This document shows, one piece after another, positions 45,690 to 53,536 of a stretch of 64,000 nt of DNA. The stretch comes from a virus, in the IMG/VR virus record IMGVR_UViG_3300045988_153285, positions 69,906 through 133,905 of that record, one strand, 5' to 3'. A program made the translations under genes and the position numbers. Every line of letters begins with the position of its first letter. Position 1 is the first letter of the stretch. The notes beneath the pieces are model-generated. The model ran no database searches, had not been told where the DNA came from, and saw nothing but the letters and a program-made list of their open reading frames with translations.

Positions 45690-45923
45690 TTGGCATTCAT
45701 AATTAATGGACAAGTTATAACAGAAAAAGGTGATTATCTTTCTAAAGGTGAAAGATCACGATTAAATTCAACAATGAGGACAGATTTACATAAAGACTTT
45801 TCAGCATTAATGAAATATCACATCAGAGAGCATATGAGTGTTGGCTTTGATGTATTAATAGAAATGCTTCAAGATAATCCTGAAATGTTGAATGAATTTA
45901 TAACTCGTTGTAAGAAATACTAA
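45690..45923 (+). CDS. hypothetical protein (77 aa), TTG start
   Basis: ORF track; SD GAGGTGA 6 nt upstream; isolated plus-strand gene between minus-strand blocks. Confidence 0.55.
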   Translation: MAFIINGQVITEKGDYLSKGERSRLNSTMRTDLHKDFSALMKYHIREHMSVGFDVLIEMLQDNPEMLNEFITRCKKY

Positions 45924-46063
45924 CTTCAATTCTGACAGATTTTAAATTTCAACTTCATGTTCAAACGTAACGAAAGTAGTTGAATAAAATTCTATCATCA
46001 ATCAAAATATTTTAGCCATATAGACAAATAATAAAAAGTCCTGTATAATATAATATTAAATTT

Positions 46064-46088
46064 AAAAAGAGGGGATATTTCACCCCTC
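46064..46088 (-). terminator. rho-independent terminator ending the late operon
   Basis: Minus strand reads GAGGGG-TGAAATAT-CCCCTC followed by TTTTT. Confidence 0.75.
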
Positions 46089-46106
46089 AATTTATTATTT
46101 TATTAA

Positions 46107-47474
46107 TTAAGCTAATGTAAAGCTGTCTATTTCAACAGTTCTAAATCTGATACAACCTTCTAATTGTCCACCTAATTCTTCTAAAGCAGTTTGGTCAGCC
46201 TTTAATGCTATTTTACCATCAACTTCACCTTTATAAGTGTTGAATGTTTCTGTTTCAACTTTTGTAGCAACAGCAGAAGCATTAGCGTCAGCCATTCCTT
46301 TAACTTCGTTGATTGCATTTACAACTGTATCTTTTGCAGAAGTAGCTAAACCAGAAACAGCACCCATTTCAGCTTTTAATGCATATTCTTCATGGTCATG
46401 AGTAGCATCAGCTTTGTTTGCTAAAGCACCTGTAACTTCTTCTTTATAGCTGTCAAATGCAGATTGTTCTACTTTAGTTGCGATAGCAGAAGTGTTAGCA
46501 TTAACTAATCCTCTAACTTCTTCAACTTCATTTCCTAAAGCGTATTCTTCGTGAGTATGACCTTCGTTAGATTTTCCTGTTAATAATCCTTCAACTTCAA
46601 TTTTGTATTCAGCTAAGTCAGAAGCGTTCTTATTAGCTTTAGCGTCTGCACCTTCAGCAGTAGCCTTAACACCATTTATAGCTTCAGTTACTTCTGTAGC
46701 ATTTGCTTTGTCATTTAACTTTCCTTCTACTTCTAATTTGTAAGCTTCTAAAACTGAGTTTTCAACTTTAGCATCTAACTTACCTTGTACTTCTGTTTTG
46801 TATGCTTCAAATACTACGTTGTCAACCTTAGTTGCTAATTTAGATTCAACTTCACCTTTAGTGATAGCGTCAGTTACAGATGTAAGTGGTCTAAATCTCT
46901 TTTCAAATGTAGATTCTAAAGCATTAACACAGATATAAGTTGTGTCAACTATAAATACCATATCACCATTTTGAACAGTTAATAACATTGCTGCTTCTTG
47001 GCTTTCAGCATCGAAATGTTCATTGATTGCTATAGCAGGTATCATAGATTCATCTAATTTACCGTTAGCTCCTAATACTGGAATGTTACCTTCTGCATTA
47101 CCAATATTTTTGTAAGCAGCAGTTCCTAGATCAGCAACGTTTGCCTTCTTTTCTATTTCAGTTGTTAATTCTTGTTTTGCAGTAGCTATATCTTGTGCAA
47201 CTTGAGTCTTATCAGCTTTATCGCTTTCTAATGTAGTAACTCTTCCTTCGACAGCACCTATTTTACCATCTAAAGCTAAGTCAGCTTCTTTGTATTCTTT
47301 TTCAACTCTAGCTATTTCACCTGCATTAGTAGATATTTGTCCTTCTAAAGAAGTCAATTGGTCATTTAATTTAACGCTACCATCACCAACGAATACCGCT
47401 TTACCATCTGTTACAGGTAATACTTCCTTCCCTTGTTTGTCCACTAATAATACGTAATTTCTTAAATCTGCCAT
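46107..47474 (-). CDS. tail fibre-like protein (455 aa)
   Basis: N-terminus MADLRNYVLLVDKQGKEVLPVTDGKAVFV is homologous to that of ORF 49726..51651. Repetitive coiled-coil segments (EAYKTEVQGKLDAKV / EAYKLEVEGKLNDKA) and H(T/D)HEEYAL repeats. Confidence 0.55.
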   Translation of the reverse strand: MADLRNYVLLVDKQGKEVLPVTDGKAVFVGDGSVKLNDQLTSLEGQISTNAGEIARVEKEYKEADLALDGKIGAVEGRVTTLESDKADKTQVAQDIATAKQELTTEIEKKANVADLGTAAYKNIGNAEGNIPVLGANGKLDESMIPAIAINEHFDAESQEAAMLLTVQNGDMVFIVDTTYICVNALESTFEKRFRPLTSVTDAITKGEVESKLATKVDNVVFEAYKTEVQGKLDAKVENSVLEAYKLEVEGKLNDKANATEVTEAINGVKATAEGADAKANKNASDLAEYKIEVEGLLTGKSNEGHTHEEYALGNEVEEVRGLVNANTSAIATKVEQSAFDSYKEEVTGALANKADATHDHEEYALKAEMGAVSGLATSAKDTVVNAINEVKGMADANASAVATKVETETFNTYKGEVDGKIALKADQTALEELGGQLEGCIRFRTVEIDSFTLA

Positions 47475-47521
47475 AAATAAATTCCTCCTTAAAATTAAAA
47501 AATATTTTTGTTTGTTATTTT

Positions 47522-47896
47522 TTATGCTAAACTGCCGTTTTCAATGTCGAAAGGTTTAGTGCCTATACCAGCAATACCATTCGGGCCATTTTCATCGACA
47601 ATTATAACCAATCTACAATTTTTCTTTTCAGATAAATAAACTGAAACATTGTTTTCATCTATTGCAACTGTATCAGCTACATCAAACAGTTCCCCATCAT
47701 CATAAGCTTGTACAATTACATTCATTGAGTCGAGGTTATGATTAATGTCATATTTGAATAAGCCATTATGAGTTTCGTCATCAACAACTTCTATCAGATT
47801 AGCAGCTAAAATATTAAATCTAACTTCTTCTGTATTAGTAACATCATTATTGTCGCTATACTTTTTAATTAATGCAATAACCATAGCTAAATTCAT
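47522..47896 (-). CDS. hypothetical protein (124 aa)
   Basis: ORF track; SD AGGAGGTGG. Confidence 0.7.
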   Translation of the reverse strand: MNLAMVIALIKKYSDNNDVTNTEEVRFNILAANLIEVVDDETHNGLFKYDINHNLDSMNVIVQAYDDGELFDVADTVAIDENNVSVYLSEKKNCRLVIIVDENGPNGIAGIGTKPFDIENGSLA

Positions 47897-47910
47897 TGCC
47901 TTTCCACCTC

Positions 47911-48093
47911 CTATAATTCAATCCATTTGGTCTTATCACCATTTAATATGAAAACTCTTAAATTTTCACCATCAATAAATGTAATTGTACTGTTAGGAGC
48001 TTGCCCTCGTTTATCAATCTTTTCGATTTCAACTTCTTCAGAAACAGACCATTCACAAACTCCCAAAGGGCTATTACTTAAAAGTGTTATCAT
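47911..48093 (-). CDS. hypothetical protein (60 aa)
   Basis: ORF track; SD AAGGAGGG. Confidence 0.6.
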   Translation of the reverse strand: MITLLSNSPLGVCEWSVSEEVEIEKIDKRGQAPNSTITFIDGENLRVFILNGDKTKWIEL

Positions 48094-48217
48094 TTAATTC
48101 CCTCCTTTGAATAAGAATTTTAAAATTTGCTAATACTATTAACAACCAAGATTATTTTAAATAGGAGAGTAGGGCAAAATATTAAAACATACTGCAGCTC
48201 TATTCTCCTTAATTAAA

Positions 48218-48475
48218 TTATTTCTTTTCTATAAAGTTTCTAAATAATTCATACATTCCTGTAGAAGCAAGTCCACTAATTAATCCAGCAACTATAACAT
48301 TTGGATCTATTGCTCCTGAAACAAAGCAATTAAATAGCACACCTATAGCTCCCATGATTAAAGGTATATATTTGTTTGGGATAAAGTCTAGTGATGTTTT
48401 TATAACATAACCAACCCCTAAACAGAAAGCTAAAGTAATAACAACGATAAATTCACTTAAAAATGTTAAATCCAT
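48218..48475 (-). CDS. holin (phi-LC3/LL-H-like family)
   Basis: 85 aa, hydrophobic helices, charged C-terminus ...GLASTGMYELFRNFIEKK; adjacent to the endolysin. Confidence 0.7.
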   Translation of the reverse strand: MDLTFLSEFIVVITLAFCLGVGYVIKTSLDFIPNKYIPLIMGAIGVLFNCFVSGAIDPNVIVAGLISGLASTGMYELFRNFIEKK

Positions 48476-48501
48476 AATAATTCCTCCTTAATATTTTAAT
48501 T

Positions 48502-49557
48502 TTATAATCCTAATAATTTTCTCCAAGTTGCTTGCCCACAAACACCATCTTGAGATAAACCCTTAGAACTTTGATATGACTTAACTGCATTGGCAGTTCC
48601 ACTACCATAAATTCCATCTATTCCATTAGTTGAATATCCTAAGCTAACCAATTTCTCTTGAAGTAATTTAGTAATATTGCCACTTGCACCTTGTCTAAGA
48701 GTAGGACATCCATTAAGAGTGTTGACTCCTGCAATACCATCTACTTTTTGATTAGAAAATCCTTGATTATTACATTCTTGTTGTAATCTTCTTACCCAAT
48801 CATCACCTGAATTAGAACTTTTCTTAGCAATTAATTCATCTAATTTAGCAAAAGTTCTTATTCCTGCTAATCCATCTGGATCTAAACCATTATCCTTTTG
48901 AAATTGAACTAAACTATTGTAAGTCCCTTGCCCAAATTGTGAGTCTGCGCCATATCCACCACAGTTATAACCTAATAAAATCAGTTTCTCTTGCAATTCC
49001 TTACATCTACTTCCTACATATTCTTTTGCTTTTTGTACATTAGATTTAGTTTCAGTAATAGGATGAGTAGTAACAACTACATTTTCTACCTTTGTTTCGG
49101 TTTGAACAATCCCTTTTCTTGCCTTTAATTCGGCTAAAGGATAATTCGTTCCAGGACAATTAGAACTTCCAACCTCTCTATGCCCATAAATAGGTAGTTG
49201 CCCATATTTATTATCTAAATATTGAATTAACCATTTAATAGCATTTAGCTGTGCTGTTGGCATAATTTCTGTCATATAACTTCCTTCTGCACATATTCCT
49301 AGTGTATTAGTATTTGCACCACTTACATGCGCACCGATTGCATTTTCTGGTCTTCCTCTATAAATCGTTCCATCTTTTCTTACAAAGAAATGATATCCTA
49401 TTCCAGTCCATCCATTGCCTAAGTGCCAAGAATGAATTTGTTGTACAGTACAAATTGAATCTTCTGCATGGTGTAATACTATTTTCTTTGGTTTGTTAGT
49501 GTAGCTTAAACTTCCATTCCATTTAAAATTTGTTTCAATAATTTGCATTAAAGCCAA
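48502..49557 (-). CDS. endolysin: N-acetylmuramoyl-L-alanine amidase (Amidase_2/PGRP) + peptidoglycan-binding repeats
   Basis: IVLHHAE...GWTGIGYHFFVRKDGTIYRGRPENAIGAHV. Three PG_binding_1-like repeats (LQEKLILLGYNCGGYGADSQFGQGTYNSLVQFQKDNGL... etc.). Confidence 0.85.
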   Translation of the reverse strand: MALMQIIETNFKWNGSLSYTNKPKKIVLHHAEDSICTVQQIHSWHLGNGWTGIGYHFFVRKDGTIYRGRPENAIGAHVSGANTNTLGICAEGSYMTEIMPTAQLNAIKWLIQYLDNKYGQLPIYGHREVGSSNCPGTNYPLAELKARKGIVQTETKVENVVVTTHPITETKSNVQKAKEYVGSRCKELQEKLILLGYNCGGYGADSQFGQGTYNSLVQFQKDNGLDPDGLAGIRTFAKLDELIAKKSSNSGDDWVRRLQQECNNQGFSNQKVDGIAGVNTLNGCPTLRQGASGNITKLLQEKLVSLGYSTNGIDGIYGSGTANAVKSYQSSKGLSQDGVCGQATWRKLLGL

Positions 49558-49725
49558 CTCCTTTATTAATTTAATTTATAAAAAGAGACTAGAATTAATC
49601 TAATCTCTAATTTGTACATATTTAATTTTTATTTGTATATAACTAATTGAATAATCTTATAAAAATCAAGTTTTATTTAGATTCAATTTATTTTATTTTT
49701 ACGAACAATATTTATCAATTGTAAA

Positions 49726-51651
49726 TTAACTTCTAACATTATTATCAAGCCATTGTGCATTATGTTCCGCCATAAATCTTAAAGTATTACCGCTTTTATC
49801 AGTGTGTGGATGTACTTTGTCTGGCAACCATAAGTATAAATACGGTATGGCACTCTGCTTTTCAGTCGTTGTCACCCAATTATATAAACTTGAATTTTCA
49901 CTATCCGCAACCCATTTCCCATAAGGTTCTATAGTTTCTTGTGACCAACCATAAACTTCCCATGCTTTAAATAAAGGTAATGAATATCTTTTTGCAATTT
50001 TTTCTTGATATTCCGCTACCTCTGGTCTATTTTGATTTTCATAATTACCGATAATCACTATTCTAGCAAAAGGATTCATGTCTTTAATTTTACTTATTAT
50101 AAAATCAAAAGCCCCTTGGAAAGTGTATAAATTATTTTTCCCATATTCATTATATTTACTTTCATCTAAGTAATCTGCGTAACCGAAATCATTAAATCCA
50201 TGATCTATTACCCATAAATCTATATTTTCATTTTTATACTTATTTATTTTGTTTTCCCACGAATAACCTCTTATTGTCGCCCCATTTGGTGCAGAAGTTG
50301 GTTTTCCACTTGTAAAAATAGAGGAGTTATAATTATTTACTATCCAGTTCATTTCTTCAATACTATTTGTTAAACATCTACTAACTTTTTCAAAATTACT
50401 TATAAAACCGTATGGGTTGGAAGATGAAATAAGGTTTGGGTTTTTACAATGAACACATGAGCTTCCTATTGCTTCATTATAGACAGTTGCCCCCAAAATT
50501 TTACCTACTCTCTGAGGGTAAGCATTGTCGTTGAAAAACCCAGTAAGTCCACCTGCGGGTATTGACGTACCTAACCATACAATTTTTTTATTTTTCCAGT
50601 AACTAATTTTTTCCGCATTAAATAATTTTGAAATTACACTTACTCCTTCAAATGTTACTTCTAATAAATTTATATCTTCATTTCCCACTGTTACCCCAAT
50701 TGTAGTAGCTTTTCCAACATCAACAATATTTTCAAAACTTACAATTTCATCAAATCCAACTCTATCAATAACATTATTATTTTTGTCAAACAATACATAT
50801 AAATTAGTATATAGAGAATATTTGGCTTTTAACTTTAATTCATTAATTAAACTTACGTCATATGTTATAAATTTATATTCAGTATGACTTACAAATTCAT
50901 TTGTTACTTTATTCCAGTATCCATTTTTTATCGAAATAGGTGGTAATACTTGTTTACTATTTTTTAAATTGAATTTTTTTAATTTATCTTTTAAATTATT
51001 TTTTACTTCTTTTACAATTATACTATCTATATAAGTTTGGTTTGTTGATACTATTAAAGTAGTTGCATTAGAAACATCAACAGATTTTGTAATTTCACTC
51101 GTTCCGTCTTTTAATGAATGTTCAAATATAGAACCATTTTCATCTATTAATACATATTCATCGTAATAGTGTTGTATAGTACCATTTATTACAATTAAGT
51201 CAATACCCTTTACATCATAAGATTTTGCCCCAAATTCTGTATTGGGTAATGGAATTTTATTTCCATTTGAGTAAAAATAATTTTCTTTTGTTCCTAATAT
51301 ATCTCTTGTCAACATTGATGCTTTTTCGATAGTATTAATTCTATCATTAGAAATCGGGAAACTATTACCAAAACTATTTGTTCTTAATGCTACTAACTCC
51401 GTATCTTTATTAGGATTTAAATCTTGTTCTGTTTGAAAATCATTAACTTGATTTTTTAACTGATTTACTTCATCTTTACTTGCTTTTTGTTCCAATTGTT
51501 CGTTTAATTCCGTAGTTTTACTATCTATTTCTGTTAATTTATTTTCTAGTTTCTTTGTTCCTCCTTCTACAAAAACACCGTTCCCATCCGTAACAGGAAG
51601 AACTTCTTTTCCGTCTTTATCTTCTAGTATTATATAATTTCTATTTGCCAT
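49726..51651 (-). CDS. tail fibre / receptor-modifying protein with C-terminal SGNH hydrolase domain
   Basis: Fibre-type N-terminus shared with 46107..47474. SGNH blocks VWLGTSIPAGG (I), VIDHGFNDF (III), DKVHPH (V). Confidence 0.6.
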   Translation of the reverse strand: MANRNYIILEDKDGKEVLPVTDGNGVFVEGGTKKLENKLTEIDSKTTELNEQLEQKASKDEVNQLKNQVNDFQTEQDLNPNKDTELVALRTNSFGNSFPISNDRINTIEKASMLTRDILGTKENYFYSNGNKIPLPNTEFGAKSYDVKGIDLIVINGTIQHYYDEYVLIDENGSIFEHSLKDGTSEITKSVDVSNATTLIVSTNQTYIDSIIVKEVKNNLKDKLKKFNLKNSKQVLPPISIKNGYWNKVTNEFVSHTEYKFITYDVSLINELKLKAKYSLYTNLYVLFDKNNNVIDRVGFDEIVSFENIVDVGKATTIGVTVGNEDINLLEVTFEGVSVISKLFNAEKISYWKNKKIVWLGTSIPAGGLTGFFNDNAYPQRVGKILGATVYNEAIGSSCVHCKNPNLISSSNPYGFISNFEKVSRCLTNSIEEMNWIVNNYNSSIFTSGKPTSAPNGATIRGYSWENKINKYKNENIDLWVIDHGFNDFGYADYLDESKYNEYGKNNLYTFQGAFDFIISKIKDMNPFARIVIIGNYENQNRPEVAEYQEKIAKRYSLPLFKAWEVYGWSQETIEPYGKWVADSENSSLYNWVTTTEKQSAIPYLYLWLPDKVHPHTDKSGNTLRFMAEHNAQWLDNNVRS

Positions 51652-51664
51652 TATTCATTCCTCC

Positions 51665-52669
51665 TTATGTCAAGCTTTCAGCAGTAAATAGTTTATAATT
51701 TATTTTTCTAATCATATTATCCCTTAAATTTGCTTCGCCTTCTCTAGCTAATAATATCTCTCCCTCATCCACATTCGTAGTCATTAATGGCTTGTAATAC
51801 GATGCAGAAAGTGTAACAGAAAGGTTTATAGCTTCATCCGATTTTAATAAAATTCTTGTTTTATCTATTATCTTGTAGCCCATTGTAACAGCTTCTTTTG
51901 TATCTGCATTTTTAAAAGATATGTGAGGATTCTCACTATTTAAATCATGTGTTATTTCTTTTTCATATACATCAACATTTAAAGTCCAATCAGAAGATTT
52001 AATTATGACCTCTTTATTTCCTGCAACATTTATAACCTCATCTTTGGCTTGTTGTATATTATCTTGAATTTCTTGAATAGCTGTATCTTTTCTCTTTTCC
52101 GCTTCGGTTATTGCACTATCCACAGCTTGTATACATTCATTCTTTTTGTTTTCTAAATTAGTAATTGTTAATTTTCCTTCTGCAATAAGAGACTCTAATA
52201 ATTCAATTACCTTTTTGGCATCACCTATGTCTAAAAGAAATCTCAATGCTTCTCTACCAGCATCTATAATTTCTTGTAATGTTAGCACTACATGCTTACC
52301 ACTTATATCATGCTCATCATAGATTCTACTGCATCCTATAAGTTGGATACCTTTCTTATAATAATTATATATTTTTGTTTTCCCAAATTGAGATTTATCT
52401 AAATATGCTACCCCATTATTGTAATCTATATAGTATGTATTTGGCGTTATTTCATCTCTATTAAATACTTCTGTCATCTGAGTATTATTTTCGTTTAATA
52501 TAATAACTCTATTATATTCATCTGGCACATATTCTAATTGAATAGTCCCATGAACCGAAACTTGCTTTTCTTCTTTATCTACTTTAATGGATATCGGGTT
52601 GCCATATTCGTCTAAATTATATTTGAATATTAAGGCATCTCCATTAAATTGATCGTAATTCAAATTCAT
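51665..52669 (-). CDS. baseplate / fibre-associated structural protein (334 aa)
   Basis: ORF track; position between Tal and the fibre gene; central coiled coil. Confidence 0.45.
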   Translation of the reverse strand: MNLNYDQFNGDALIFKYNLDEYGNPISIKVDKEEKQVSVHGTIQLEYVPDEYNRVIILNENNTQMTEVFNRDEITPNTYYIDYNNGVAYLDKSQFGKTKIYNYYKKGIQLIGCSRIYDEHDISGKHVVLTLQEIIDAGREALRFLLDIGDAKKVIELLESLIAEGKLTITNLENKKNECIQAVDSAITEAEKRKDTAIQEIQDNIQQAKDEVINVAGNKEVIIKSSDWTLNVDVYEKEITHDLNSENPHISFKNADTKEAVTMGYKIIDKTRILLKSDEAINLSVTLSASYYKPLMTTNVDEGEILLAREGEANLRDNMIRKINYKLFTAESLT

Positions 52670-52751
52670 TATAATAACTCCTCCTTATTAAATTTATTTT
52701 TTTGCATAATAAAAAGGCTTAGAAATTAATCTTAGCCTTTTGTTAAAATAC

Positions 52752-53213
52752 CTATTTTAAACCAATTTCTATTTTATCAAACTCGTTAATTTTTATATCT
52801 ACTTGAATCAATTCAAAACTGTTTCTACCTTTAATGATAGGTTTTATCATCTTTTGCTCTACTGTTAAAACAATATTATTGTCTTTGATAAAATTATAAA
52901 CTATTGTACCGTTTTCTATAATTTCATCTACACTAGAAAAAACTCCGGATACAACTTTAACATCAACTCCCCCATTATCCATAGCATAATAATTATATAA
53001 ATAATCAGTATTATCTTTTAATGCCTCATATTCTTCATCCGTATGCGCCGTTGCTTCATGAATTCTTTCATCTTCAGCTTTATTATCTTCTTTTGTATTA
53101 ACAACATCAATAGATGTTTTTTGTTCTTTATTGTTATAATTTTCTGTGTTATTAGAACATCCTATAAAAAATATACATAATATTGATATTAACATAATTC
53201 TTAATTTTACCAT
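52752..53213 (-). CDS. lipoprotein (153 aa)
   Basis: Signal peptide plus lipobox MVKLRIMLISILCIFFIGC|SNN; flanked by terminator-like hairpins inside the tail module. Confidence 0.65.
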   Translation of the reverse strand: MVKLRIMLISILCIFFIGCSNNTENYNNKEQKTSIDVVNTKEDNKAEDERIHEATAHTDEEYEALKDNTDYLYNYYAMDNGGVDVKVVSGVFSSVDEIIENGTIVYNFIKDNNIVLTVEQKMIKPIIKGRNSFELIQVDIKINEFDKIEIGLK

Positions 53214-53275
53214 ATTTTATACCCCACACTTTAAAATTAAGAATATTTTAACATATATAACTCAATATTACAATA

Positions 53276-53515
53276 TTAAAACCCACAAACTTCAGCTTCT
53301 TTTTCAACCAACTCTTTAAATGCTAAATATTCTGATTTTACAAGTTCTTTATTTTTTGAATAGTATTCGTTATTAATAATTTGAATGTTTGTAGAAAAAG
53401 TATTATATTCCGTCCCTATTTGACAACTTAAAAATGCCACATCAATTTTACTTCCATCATCCAAAGTAATTACAACCTTCTTTGTATAGTTTATTGTTTT
53501 ATTAATTTCACTCAT
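53276..53515 (-). CDS. hypothetical protein (79 aa)
   Basis: ORF track; SD AGGAGG. Confidence 0.65.
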   Translation of the reverse strand: MSEINKTINYTKKVVITLDDGSKIDVAFLSCQIGTEYNTFSTNIQIINNEYYSKNKELVKSEYLAFKELVEKEAEVCGF

Positions 53516-53536
53516 TGTTTTTCCTCCTAAACTTTA

